This document shows, piece after piece, positions 24,477 to 37,917 of a stretch of 48,450 nt of DNA (position 1 is its first letter; each line of letters opens with the position of its first letter). The notes below the pieces were generated by a model. The model was given only the letters and a program-made list of their open reading frames with translations, was not told the DNA's origin and ran no database searches. This DNA comes from Intoshia linei (lineage: Eukaryota; Animalia; Orthonectida). Position numbers and translations under genes: made by a program. The DNA lies in assembly GCA_001642005.1 (NCBI GenBank), contig LWCA01000139.1, positions 1 through 48,450 of the forward strand. The letters run 5' to 3'.

Positions 24477-26699
24477 CAGATCTTTCTTAAACCATTTTGT
24501 GGCTTTGGGCTAAGTAAAGGGCCGGAGGCCCTTTAAAGTTTTTAGCAAAGCAATAAAAAAATTTTAGGGCTCCTTTTTAGAAGACAGGGCTACTGTTAAT
24601 TGGAGACTTTGAATCTTATTTCATTGAGTATTAATAAAAGCATTAAAAGATATTATGTAGATTTCTAGTAACTTGTATTTTTTTTACAAAAACTTACTTA
24701 TAATTAATAAATCAAGTTTACTTTTTCATTTGAAAATATGCACCATGCAGTCACAAAAAATTATTGACAATTCTTCAAAAATGTAGTTTTCTCACTGTTT
24801 TCTGAGAGAAATCAGATATAATATTATCAAAACTGATATCATTCAAAATACACTCCGTCCACTAATTATAACAACAGTCATATTTTTATCAATAAATATA
24901 ATTACAATACTGGTAACATATCAAAAATTTGGCAAAATGTAAAATTAACGAAATGCTATTACATGTTCATTTAAAAATTGTAAAATTATTAGTTCTTAAT
25001 CAATTCATACCATATTTAGTAAATTAGTGAAAATATAGTGTCCAGTGGACACTGTGGACACTGTCCACAATTATAACAACACAACTGTTTATTAATTATA
25101 ATGACTATATATGTTACATGAATATTTCTTTCAATAATTAATTGACTTTCCTCCAACCTTTAATACTTCGATTGCACGATTTTTTACAGAATCTGATAGT
25201 TTTAAAAACGTTTCATCCAAAATGTCCTCCCATGAATCCATTACGGCTTTTGTTAGTTCATTAATACTGTTATATTGTTTATTTCCACCATAAAGACATC
25301 GAACCATTATACCCCAAATATTTTTTAGAAACACATCAAGCCAGTCCATAATATTAAAAAAATGATCATTTAAAAATAATTTTGTCGACCTAGATTTGTG
25401 ACAACTCGCATTATATTGTTGATAGATCAAATTTTTTCTTACATTTTCGTTGTGAGGAAGGAGAGCTATGAGGTTATGCTCTATAACTGTTTGGTACTTG
25501 ATAGAGTTTATATTACCATCTACTTTGACAACACATTTTATACCACCACTTGAGAAAGCTCCCCATATCATAACACCACCTCCACCAAATCTTCTACTGA
25601 CCCTTTCTGGCAATTCATGGCGTAAGTCCTGCCAGTAATAATTGTAGTAATCGGGACCATCTAGATTGAACTTTTTTTTATCAGTCCAAATGATATTTTT
25701 CGAATCTATATTACTCTTCAGATAATTTCCCGCCACTTCACTCTGGAGTCCTTGTGTCTTGCTACTAATTTTGGCTTTGGTTTAATTTTAACAGGATGAT
25801 ATTTTGGTTTGACTTTATAACATTGTAAACGGAAGATTTTGATATATTTATTCCCTTAGAGCACATAATCGCCGCAACACCTCTTACTCCTTTATTAGGA
25901 TTCGAAGTTACCTCCCTTATATTGACTCTTTTTGTCTTATCTGACATTTTGGTTTTCGCACCAGCTCTTTTTCTGCCTTCATCATAACCTTGTGGGTCAT
26001 TTAAAAATAATGGAACTACATCAAACGATCTTCTTGATGTAAAATGGCAATTCAAACGATCAGCAATATTTTTATACAATCTCCTCATGTTATTGTCATT
26101 ATATGCTGCTCCTAAAATGATTTTTTTATCATATCTTAATTTGCAACTTCTACAAATGTTTTAAGTAAATTGTTATAAAATTATTATTAATGGTACAATT
26201 AAAAATCGGATTTTTCAAAGTGTTGTTATAATTTATGGACACTCGTGTTTTTATATTTTTAACGTTTTTATTAAAAAACTTTAGTTAATTTTGTATTTTT
26301 TCAATTATTTTTTTTAATATGACAACCTTACATTGTGCATCTCCAACATGCCAATTTTTATAAATTTTGATCTACAAATATAATTGTTATTAACAAAATG
26401 ATAGTGTTGTTATAATTATTGGACGGAGTGTATCATTCTCAATCGACATTAAGGAGAGCGCATTCAAACGAGGTTGAGCTAAGCAATTTCGAAGTTCATT
26501 CTTAATTATTTTTAGTTTAGAAAAAGTTCTTTCACCTTTGCAATTTGCAACCATCATTGAAAGACATTGGGGTATTTTTTAATAAATTGGGGCCTCTTTT
26601 TAAGATATAAATGTAAGGTACTTTTATTAAAATGGGGGACTTTTCTAATGAGTGGCCCTGAGCTACAGCCCATATTGCCCATGCCTTAAAACGGCTCTG
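24477..26699 (-). mobile_element. hAT deletion derivative retaining the C-terminal dimerisation coding region, interrupted by a Tc3-like element
   Basis: Perfect 8-bp TSD GTTCAGGA; ends homologous to MITE 29417-29838. Minus strand reads MMVANCKGERTFSKLKIIKNELRNCLAQPRLNALSLMSIEND|ILNDISFDNIISDF across the Tc insertion. Confidence 0.88.
24851..26430 (-). mobile_element. Full-length but inactive Tc1/Tc3-like transposon with IR-DR ends
   Basis: TA|CACTCCGTCCA.TAATTATAACAACA TIRs at both ends; inner direct repeats at ~25062 and ~26220. Frameshifted transposase (26088-25131) has IIWTDKKKFNLDGPD, GGGGVMIWGAFS, QQYNASCH (second Asp lost), and SPDLNPIE deleted. Confidence 0.92.
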
Positions 26700-27830
26700 G
26701 TTCAGGACCAAGATAGAACCTCAAGCATTTTTATCATTTCTATTGAAAAATATATCTCATCATATCTAATTAAAGATGGTACTTTTCAAGGCAAAATATT
26801 ATCAATATTCTTAAAAAAGAGTAGTAGAATACATTTGATGTACAAATAAAATTATTTTTCATTTTCAAATCTAATTATAATTAATAATTGCTTTTTTATA
26901 GATATGTTTAGTAAGCATTGTTTACTTATGTATAAAGTAAAATGGTTAAAAATGTATGTCTATTTATTTGTTCCAGTTTATTTAAGAAAGTAAGGGGAAT
27001 CGAGTTTTACAAATTCCATATTCTTATAACAGTTTTTCCAGTGTCATGTTAAATCGCAAATTTCAATTTCAGAAATTCAGTCCTTCAACATTAAAAACCC
27101 AAATTGTAATTAGTTTTTAAATTCAACCCCTTCCTATAATTATAAAAATTACACATTTTAATGAAAAGTTTTAAATTCATCAATATTATGATAATTTTCA
27201 ATTTTAAAATATTATATCTTTACGGCCAAAACCACAAATTAATTTTTTTTTGTAAAAATTAAAAAATTTTTATTTTATACAACATAATTTCTGGAACACT
27301 TTTGAAATTCATAAGCATGATCATAAATTTTTTGGTTTTATCAATACTCGTACTTTTTACAATGTACATTGTACATATTCTCATTGAAATGTCAGATATA
27401 ATTGTTACACAGTTAGAAAATGTTACTTGTAATAATAATAAAAATAAAATATAACAATTTAATGTCAATTAAATGGTTTTGAATATTGTCGGTGTTTCTT
27501 GGAGTGGGGTTGCGGTATCCTAAAAATAATTTATATAATTTACACAATTTATATGTTAATCACAATTAACAATATAATGTAAACACAGAAATATTAAAAT
27601 ATCATTTCGTATATTTGAAAATTCAAACCCTTATGGTTTAAGTATAATTATTTTTTCATACTAAATCGTTTCTCAAGCTTTTTTCGTTTGGTAAAAATCT
27701 AATAATAAAATTCGAATCATGGTATATTCTTTTCTGTTGAATAAATCGACAGTTTTATAAGATTTTGCAAGGAAAATGTAATTTTAATTGATGTACATGA
27801 CATAATTAAAAATATATGATTTATGTGCCA

Positions 27831-28264
27831 TTTCACGTATTATATAAAACGCTTTGTTAGTCTGTGTGTGTGTTATCATTTAATTCAATAAATACGAGTC
27901 TTAGAATTTTATAAAGTCCACATTTCTAAAATGGTTTTTTCTGGGTAAAAGTAATATCAATTTCAATCTCCAAAACTCACATCTTATCGGTCAAAAACCC
28001 CAATTATCATTTTTTTTGAAAATTCAAACAAGTTCGAGAATTTAAAAAAATATACTCTTATACAGATTTTAAAATCATAAATTTAAATTTATAAAAAACA
28101 TATCTTCAAGGTCTCCAAATTACCTCCAGACTCAAATGTGAAATTCAAGCTTAGGAATGACTTCTTTAAATGATTTTTAATTAACATTTTATTTTTTTGG
28201 TACAATTAGATAAGTCCGTCAGAGCTAGGTGTTGTTTGTACGTAGTACAAAACAGCCAAGCTAG
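27831..28264 (+). mobile_element. Compact non-autonomous Helitron
   Basis: Family 5' end ..TTATATAAAA..GTCTGTGTGTG; 3' hairpin TGTTTGTAC-GTA-GTACAAAACA followed by GCCAAGCTAG|T. Confidence 0.78.
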
Positions 28265-28481
28265 TAAATTATAAAATTGGATCCCGAATGCTTAAAAATT
28301 CATTCAAAAAATGATTATAAGTAGATTTGAATATAATAGGTTCACTGCATAAGAAACATTGATTTAGAGTTTCATAAAATGAATTATTTTCGTTAATCAT
28401 AATTTACGATAAATAAAAATCTCAAAATATCTGGAATTAAAAACTCTAAACACATACATAGTGTATAACAAAATAATAAAA

Positions 28482-31400
28482 TTATTTTTTTACAATTAAA
28501 ATTGATTCTTTGGTTATATTATTGTCGATAGAGTTGGGCATTTCAATAGATTGCACTAAATTTTTTGATTGACTTTTTGAAATTATTGATTTATTTATAT
28601 CTAGAAGAGGAATTAGATTCATTGGAGAGTTTAATGTGTTTATTAATGCTTGTTTCAATTGATGCTGAGCAATTTGATGTTGATAAGCCTGACTAATCAA
28701 ATTACTATTTTGCCAACAAGTTAAATTATGTGTTGTATCGTTTGATCTGGTACTTACTAAATTATATTAATTTTAATTATATAGATTTTACCGTTATCAG
28801 CACTGTTTGGACTAATTGTTAGTGAATTTGAACCACCTTTAACTATATTCTTTTTATCAATAATGTAATCTCGGTTATCTTCACCATCAGATACAATAAT
28901 ACGCTTTTTGTGTGATATTTGCTAGTTTTAGTAATAAACAAATAAAATTGAAAGGTTTTCATAATTTTTAAACCATATGAAAAAATATCTGAAAAACTAG
29001 ATGGCAAGAAAATTTTCATTTATGAGGGAACGATAAGACGACATATATTTGGAACCACTAATCCGCGAGAACATGAAATAGACTCTCAGTGTCAATTTGA
29101 ATTTAATCCTGAATTATAGTATACATACATGTAGTATGTGTGAGAAATATATAGTACATGTCGTGTATATTACCTGGTTAATATGCATTTCAGTGGCATT
29201 TCTTTTTTTGGGTTCATTTGGTGGGTTGTTTTCATACTACGTACAATTTAAATTATAATTATTTGAAAATCAATAAACATTAACAAAGATTTCGTTTTTT
29301 AAATAAAATAATTACATTAAATAAAAAAATTTAGACGTTTAAGAGATTACTAAAGATTTAAAAAAATATATACAAAGTTGATGATACAAAATATTAAGAT
29401 GCAGGGTAGTGATAGACAGAGCCGTTTTAAGGCATGGGCAATATGGGCTGTAACCCAAGGCCACTCATTAAAAAAGGCCCCAAATTAATAAAAGTACTTT
29501 ACATATATATCTTAAAAAGAGGCCACAATTTATTAAAAAATACTTAGCATTTATATCTTAAGAAACAGTTTATAAATTTTGAAGTGTGGGAATTCAAATA
29601 GCTAGAAAGAAAATAGTTTAAAGTTTTTGTAAAAGAAATATAAGTTACTAGAAACCTACATAATATCTTTTAATGCTTTTATTAATACTAAATAAAATAA
29701 GACACTAGTCTCTAACCAACAGTATGCCCTGTCTTCTAAAAAGGGCCCTAAAATTTTTTTATCTCTTCACTCAAAACTTTAAAGGGCCTCCGGCCCTTTG
29801 CTTAGACCAAAGCCACGAAGTGGCTTAAGACGGCTCTGGATATAGACTGGAATAAATTAACGAAAAATACTATGTTATGATAATTTTACTGTTTTTTAAA
29901 TCTTAACTATTATTATTTTAAAATTTAAATTATATTATTAAAATTTCAAGTTAATAATTTTTGGACCAAATTTTTAAATAATAAATTCATTTTCTTTATT
30001 TATAAAACAAAAAATCATTCATTACACTCAATACATCAATTTGATCATCAGTGGGTCTTCAATGGAGTGGTACGGCCTTCTTTGGCGTTTTGAGATTTTA
30101 GGGCGATAACAATTATAATTTGTAAATTTTTATAATTTTATTCATTTCGACATAAATTAAAAAATAATTTTTTACTGGATTGATTTTCTTAATACATTTG
30201 TACAATGTACATGTATATATTAACATCTCATTATTAAATGTTAATACATCTATTAATTAATCTGTAAATCTATTTCTTCCAAAACAATTTTATAAAAAGA
30301 TAATTTTATCATTTTTCAAATTTATCCTAACTATTATCTATATATTATATCTATATATCATCTATATATTATATTATTATCTAACTATTATCAATGCTTT
30401 AAAGGAGTGGTTCCCAAATTTGTTTCAGGTGGAACCATCATATCACATTAATTTTTACTTTAAAGTGAATTATTCCATCTTTATATTTATTATTTTTATT
30501 TTGTTTTGTTAACATTTGCGTAAAGAATTTTAAAAACAATTGTTATCCCATTTTTTTAATTTATTAGACGATTGTGTGTATAATATTAAAAATAAATAAA
30601 AACAATCAAATCCTAAAAATTGTCATAAATAGCATATATTCCAGAAAAAATAAAATTATAAAAACCTATTTTGTCATTTTCAATGTGATGGTATTCAGTA
30701 CCAATTTAATAAATACTTAAAAATACCAATTATATATCAATACTTAACCGAATCTTCACTTTATAAAAATTCCAGTCGAATTTTACCAATATTGCAAAGG
30801 ATTGTAATAAATATCAAAATAATATTAACAAAGTTGTTTCAGTTTCGTTGTTTAGTTTCCATTTAAAATTGTATTTAAAATATTTTGAAAATGATTTGAA
30901 ATTTAAAAATTGGTAGCAATGAAAAAAATTCCGAAGGAATGAATTATATAAATTTCCACCCATATTTCTTTATTGGAAATGTGCAGACGTTCAATGCACA
31001 TTTTTTTTGAAATTTTAGGATCAATATTTACATTTTCAATTTTTATTTAATCGAAATATTTCAAAAATATTGGTTGATAATATATTAAAAATTATTTTTT
31101 ATCGGGAATGCGCAGATTTCTCGGGTTGAACTTTGGTATTTATATCAACTGGAATAAGCTCTATCAGAATAATCTCTTTTTTTTAATTTTCGGACAGTTA
31201 ATTATTTCATATTTTTTGTTTTAATAAAATATTTCGAAAAAAAAAATATGAATACTAAAATGTTTTTTTGACCGTGAAGTCGTCACTTATTCGGATTGAA
31301 ATTTTCTGTGTGTGTTAACACAATACAACTGAAAATGGATAAAACCGTTTTTCCCAGGACGTTTTTATCCATTTTCAGTTTCAGAATTTGAATCCTTCAG

Positions 31401-33273
31401 GGTCAAAAACCCAATTTCCCCTTTTGTTAAAAAAAATCAGCCAAAATCAACCCCAAAATTTAATAAAACATACATTCTGGAACACGTTTAAAAGCATTAA
31501 CATTTCGTTAATCTCAGCCTCAGAAAAGCATACCTTCATGATAAAAACCTCAAATTACCCTTTGTTTTAAATATGAAACGTATCCTAAAATTTTTTTAAA
31601 CATAAATTCTGGGATAGTTTTTAAAATCATAAACATAATCATAAATTGAAACTTAAAAAAAAATAATTTTCACGATCCAAACCCACATTACCATTTTTTT
31701 TTCAAATAAAAACTTTAAGAATTTAAAAAAAATTATAGATGGTACAGTTGTATCCTTTGTAAATGTTATGAAATTTATTTATGTTATTTAAACCATTATT
31801 AAATTCAATATTGGCGAATTTTACACTCTCACCAAAATTTCACAGTGAAGAGGTACGAGATGTTCAAAAAGTTGGAAAACGTGATAGATGACATAAATTT
31901 TATTATAAAACTGCAGTTAAGATACTCTTAAAAATTAGAAAAATGGATTCTATTGTTCCAAAGATGTCTAGAGTCAAATTAAACAACTTGTAACAATTTA
32001 ACATATTCGACATAAAACTTGAATAAATTCTAGTCATTAGATCTTTAGATCTATCACTACATCTTTGGATATTATATTGTAATATGCTCAACACTTTTTC
32101 CATGAAATTAATATGTAGTACATATTATGTACAATTCATTGAAAAAGTCAAATTGTCATCGATATAATTATGTATTTATACAATAATTATATGTGTATTC
32201 TTTAAAAATAAGATTGATAAAACAATCAATAGTTATTTTGTTATAAAATTTAAAAAAATGAAAAAAAATATAAATACGTTATATATTGTGTCAGATCAAT
32301 ATCATAATGAATGTAAGAGAAAAGTTGAGTCATTTACGTTACAATGTAATGAATTGAATAGAATTTTAATGATTAATTAAATGCTTAATAAACTTGGCTT
32401 TATGTGATTATTAAGATAAGATAAAATTTTATTTTACACAAAAGAAAAGCTTAAAATGTTAAAAAGCTCTAATAAAAGCATAAAGCAAGCACAAGGTTCA
32501 TACATAAATTTGATAAATAAATAATTATATACTAGGCACCTTGATGTGTGATTCATTTTCGTTTCTAGGGCTCAGTGATTTCTGTGAGTTTTGTTCAGTG
32601 ATTTTTGATATTTTTTCTATGGGTACTTGATAGTGATTTGCCGGGTTAAAATATTTATAAGGTGGCTAAAATCAATATTAAAAACAACAAAATTTAAAAA
32701 TTTTAAAAATTAACCGTCATAGGTTGGTATTGTAAAGTGTTCATCATGTATGGTGTTGGCTAAATAAAGTGGTGTATATTTAAAAAAATAAGTAAATTAC
32801 GTATAATAGTTTTGGTATAAACATTGAATTTAAAGGAAAACGGGTAGAAGCCATACGGCGCATTTCAATATTTTGTCTTCCATTGTATAAAAGAACATGT
32901 TTGAGGTGTTCTGGTGGATGCATGTATTTACAAGGTGGATCTTCTCGACTGCATCGGGCCTAATATAAGTTAAAATTTAAACTAAAAATTGAAATTGAGT
33001 TAAACATGATCGTTCATCGTTGATTTATTTTAAAATTACTTTGATGTAATCGTAGCAACACGTGACGCGTCCATTTGACACTTCTACGTGTGAGGGAGGG
33101 TGAGCATATTTACACTCCTCTTCATTACGTGGGCATGCATATCTTTGAAAATCTCTACACACTTCCAAAGTAAGCCATTGTGTTTCCTTCACGTTGGAAC
33201 TAACCAAACTATGGTAATTCATCATATTCGCCATTGAATGCGAAGGGCACATGTTGAGATAATTATAATTCAT
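28482..33273 (-). CDS. mbl: Muscleblind family splicing factor (one CCCH pair), ~343 aa long isoform
   Basis: Exons 33273-33040, 32959-32801, 32759-32715, 32665-32540, 29236-29174, 28921-28792, 28756-28482 are all in frame. WLTLEVCRDFQRYACPRNEEECKYAHP and [32 protein letters not shown]...NGRQN. The link to the last three exons rests on phase and splice sites only. Confidence 0.9.
29417..29838. mobile_element. hAT MITE in muscleblind intron 4
   Basis: TIRs CAGAGCCGTTTTAAG / CTTAAGACGGCTCTG; TSD GTGATAGA/GATATAGA (6/8); inverted homologue of the 24477-26699 ends. Confidence 0.85.
31305..31735 (+). mobile_element. Helitron-family internal fragment
   Basis: Reverse-complement similarity to 21220-21600 (CCCAGGACGT..TTTCAGAATTTGA.TCCTTCAGGG; TTCTGGGATAGTTTTTAA). 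Confidence 0.65.
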
Positions 33274-34929
33274 GTTATTGCGCCAAATGTGACTAAGAAA
33301 TGAATAAAAAGAAATTTAAAATGTAGTAGTAGACAGGAAAGCAGTAATTGGAACAATCACAAATCTCACATTGTATCTATTTAAATATCAATTATAATAT
33401 AACGGTTGTTATTAGACAGTATCTACTGTTGGATATTTATCACATCATTGAGATTTGTGTCAAAATACTGCAATTTTGTGAAATAAAAAGTTACTTCCGC
33501 GTTAACGTGAGTAAACATTTACATAAAATTGACTCTAACAAATAAACTTGAGAACCTAGTGAACTGGTATAAATCGATCAAAGTTTAAGATAGAGTGTAG
33601 TCTTGATGATTTTAATGATTTTTAAATTTTCATCAGTCAATCTTGTATTTGTCTGATCACACTTTGATTTCGTCTTATTGTAATTTTTATTTTTGCGTTT
33701 CAAATTAAAATTAGATAACCCTTGGTATGTATCTTGAGATTATATGAAATTTGAATCATAATTTGTAACGCTTTATCGGTAAATATAATGCATTTTGTAA
33801 TTTGTACTGGTATCCCAATGAATTTAAACCAACACTTTAGACATGTAGCTTTATATCTAATTTCAATTGATTTTATTTATTCGGCGGCATTTAAATTGTA
33901 TCAAACCAAATACATATATATATTGTATCTTAATTTATAATTTAAATTGACGATAGATCAAACCAACATTTTAGAATAGTCAAACATTATTAATTAACTA
34001 AAATCAAGCAATAAGTAGGTTAAATGCTTATTTATTTTATTTTTCCTTTAATTTATTTATAAAAATTAGCTTTATGTGGTGCAAATGAGAGGCATGTTCC
34101 GTCTCATATGATGTATAAGTATTTAGACAATTGAACAATAGTAAAGTGATTTATGTTTAGAATTTAATATTCCTTTACATTGCCAACAATTAAATTATTA
34201 TCTACTCTACACAAGATTTATTAGTGAATTATTAAAAATAAATTGATATAAAAAATAAAAAATTACATTTTACATTGATATTTAAATACTAGTCTGAAGA
34301 AAAACCAATTATCTATTTTAAATATTAAAAGTACATTAATATAGGTTGAAAAATAAAAATTGAAATGTACTAATGGTATTTTGATATAATTGAGTCGATC
34401 AATTAATTCATTAAGTGTTTTATTTTCGAGGTTTTTATTTTTAAAAATGAACACCACATTTTGATTAACATTTTGTGCTTCAATTTCTTTTAATTTTTAA
34501 TTTTGCAATGTATAATACACATGTGTACAACATGCTACACTTGTATAATGTTACATGTTTCTTAATTCATGAATCATGACTCATCACCGATCAATGGATC
34601 TAGGAAAAAATTATTTTGTTTTAAAAATATTATATTTTCCGATTTATCAATATCATTAATTTTATTGAATCCATAACGAATATAATTTATATTAGGGCTA
34701 TTCCAATTTGGAGTTTTTTTTGAAATTTAAAAAAGACATATATAGATAATAATTTCCATTTAATTTGCTGAAGAATGATATAAATTTTTTTATTTTCGTC
34801 ACAAAAAACCTCCGCGTCTTTACCTTTTTCTGTTTTCCTAAAATTTTTCATAGTAAAAAAATATGGCAACTTTTTTCTTTTTTTTGTAGTTGCCATGCAT
34901 TTGTTATAATTTTAAGATATAACATAGAC

Positions 34930-35411
34930 CAGTGATTCTTAACCTGGGCGATACCGCCGCCCTTATGGCGTTTTTATGATCGAATGGGGCGAAAATATTT
35001 TTATCGCATCAGTTGGGATTCCAATATAACATCAGATTATAACCGTTCAATGAGCCTAGCTGGCACAGTCGTTATAGTCACATGATTATTTTGTAGAAAG
35101 GGTTTGTATTCATCTTTGGAATCTTTTTATTTATGTGTATTTTTTGTATATATCATGTTCATGATCCATCAAATTATAAAAATAATCTTAAATTTCATTT
35201 GCATATTTCTTAAGATATCAAAAAAACAATTATTAATTGCTTTTTTTATTGTATTTGGTATTAACTCTACTGTTGAAAAAAATTGCTGCATAACATACAC
35301 TACACATTTATAAATTTTGTAAATTAAAAAAATATCGATTGTCTTTATGGAGCGATAATTTTATTTTTGTTGAAAAATCGACGATTCTACAAAAAAGGTT
35401 AAAAACCACTG
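34930..35411. mobile_element. hAT (Buster-type) MITE
   Basis: TIRs CAGTGATTCTTAACCT / AGGTTAAAAACCACTG; perfect TSD ACATAGAC. Confidence 0.9.
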
Positions 35412-35699
35412 ACATAGACCATGTGATACTAATCATATTAATTAAAACAAATCACTAAAAAATCGTTTATTTTAGACACAGTTCACAGACAAACTTTTCG
35501 TTATTTTTAAAAAAATTATATAATTTCAAAAAAAGACATGAATTTATATGAACTGGGTCAAATTATTTTAAATTCTACTCAAATATTTTTTAAGTACTAT
35601 TTAGTGATTGTGATTTCCCGGGAAAAATAAAAAATTTTTAATTTTTTTATATTTTTGCAAGTACTGGTGGACTGAATGGATTTTATTTTAACATTAGAT

Positions 35700-36759
35700 C
35701 AACGTGTATTAATCCTATTAATTTTATAAAATCTCGCGCGTTTAATACGCGACTTTTTGCAAATTTATGTGATTCTATGAATTCTAACTTCAACTCATTA
35801 TTAACCTTTACTGTTATACGGTGGCTTTTAAAAGGAAGAGCTTTAAAACGTCCATTAATGTTAAAAAGTGAAGTTATTCTATTTTTGTCGGAAAATAACA
35901 TAAACTTAGCAAAATTTTTTCAAAACACAAATTGTATGTGCAAATTATATTATTTGTCACATTTATTTCAAAAATTAAATGAATTGAATATTTCACTTCA
36001 AGGAGAGCATATTAATATTTTTAAATTAAAATCTAAAATTCAGGGATTTATAAACAAATTAATATTATGGAAAAATAAAATTGAAAAAAATCAATATGAA
36101 ATATTTTCTGATACAGAAAATTATATTGCTGATAATGCATTGAATATAAATTTTATCAAGGTTGTAATTATTGAACACTTACAAAACCTACAAACCAACT
36201 TTACAAAATATTTTTTACCGGAATTAAACAATAATAAATTTGATTGGATACAAAGTCCATTTTTCGATGAAATCAGTAACGTTGATCACTTAGAATTAAA
36301 GGTACAAGAAGAATTTGCAGTTCTTTCAGCTGATTATAGTATTAAAATTCTATTTAAACAGAAATAATTTTATACTTTTTGGCTTTTAATGGAGAAAGAA
36401 TTTCCATCTCTATCAAAAATAGCTATAACGATTCTTCTTCCATTTTCTACCACTTATCTATGTGAATCAGCCTTTTCAAAGATCACTGCAATAAAAACAA
36501 AATATCGCTCCAGTCTTAAGGATATAGAAATGGTTTTAAGACCAACAATTACGTACATATCATTAAAATTTATATAATTATTTTTATTTTATTGATTAGC
36601 GTTATTTTCATGTCTTCACTTCCAATTATTGTGTGTACATTTTTAAGCTACCAACTTAGTAATTTTTTATAAACATGTATATTATTTTGATGAACAGGAG
36701 TCGCGAATAATTTTATTTGATGAAAAGGGGTCGTGAGTTAAAAAGTATGAGAAGCCCTG
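35700..36759 (+). mobile_element. 5'-truncated Buster/Charlie-type hAT transposase remnant with right TIR
   Basis: NFIKSRAFNTRLFANLC, IRWL, LNELNISLQG, FDWIQSPF, in-frame stop at 36365-36367, LLPFSTTYLCESAFS..IKTKYRS; right end GGGGTCG..TGAGAAGCCCTG at 36759. Confidence 0.88.
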
Positions 36760-37312
36760 ATGTAGATCACCTAAAATAAAATGAATCAGGAAAGTTATAG
36801 CATATTGACTGAAAACAATTATATTTAATTTTTTTAGATTTTTTAAAATACAATAAAATGGATAAATTTTGGTTTTGACCTACAAGATACTATTTTTTAA
36901 TGACGCAATTTATGATAATTCTCAATTATTTTAAAAATAATTCCAAAATTATAGTTTTTGAAAATACAAAAGGTAATTTAAGGTTAAATAAGAGTTTTCA
37001 ATTTTGGCAGTGAAGATGGCAATTTAGTTATGATAATCAAAAATACTTTTTTGAAAATTGATATTTGAAAAAACTAAGTCAATTTTACGAATTTTCGTCG
37101 AAACTATCAAATTTTTATAATATTAAATTTCATAGTTAAAGTTTGGTTTTGTGAATTTAAAAATCTTAGTGCAGATTTTTTATCTTTATTTTTAATTTAA
37201 TTAATTTTTATTTTTAGTCCATAGTAATTTGTTACTGTGAAAACAAACAAATTTTCATTGATTTTTATCTACAATGTGCTGAAATAATTTTCATAAAAAC
37301 ATTTGATGAATT

Positions 37313-37320
37313 AAAAAAAA
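37313..37320 (-). terminator. RNA polymerase III oligo-T terminator
   Basis: T8 run on the minus strand, 1 nt downstream of tRNA-Pro. Confidence 0.8.
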
Positions 37321-37321
37321 T

Positions 37322-37393
37322 GGGCCAGTCCGGGGATTGAACCCGGGACCTCACGCTCCCAAAGCGTGAATCATACCACTAGACCAACTGGCC
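37322..37393 (-). tRNA. tRNA-Pro(TGG)
   Basis: 72 nt GGCCAGTTGGTCTAGTGGTATGATTCACGCTTTGGGAGCGTGAGGTCCCGGGTTCAATCCCCGGACTGGCCC; intact cloverleaf, TGG anticodon, C discriminator, no encoded CCA. Confidence 0.97.
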
Positions 37394-37917
37394 GTTCAAA
37401 ATTATTAATTAGGTTTACTTTTAACGTGATTGGAGTAACAATTAATGTTTAAATGATAATACATAGACATAATTATACATTTTTCATTTAAATTTAACGT
37501 TTAATAGTTTGTGATCATTTTCAAAATATATACCTAGGAAATACAATACGTAAAATGTATAAGTAAAATTATTTTGACTGCTAAGTTTATTTAATTTTGA
37601 TTGAAGTTTGTATTGATTTTTAAGTGTTTAAATTATGAATAGGTGAATTAAAGTTCAATAATCAATCCCAAAATATTCAATGTTTAGTTATTAACCTTTT
37701 TCAATGGATTGCATTAGGAAGCAATTTAAATTTTGGAGATTTTGTATAACAATGTACAAATTACAAATCATAATTACTCAAATTATTGGGTAGATAGACG
37801 CATATTACCAAAATAAAACAAAATAAAAGTACTGTATGAGTAAAATGTATGAAATTTAAATTGGAATACACAATATGTAATAATATTTTAATTAAAATAT
37901 TAACATGTAAATATATG

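Noticed and set aside
31903-32103. Alternative terminal muscleblind exon
   Set aside because: 66-aa ORF with no clear in-phase acceptor or homology; unsupported without transcripts.
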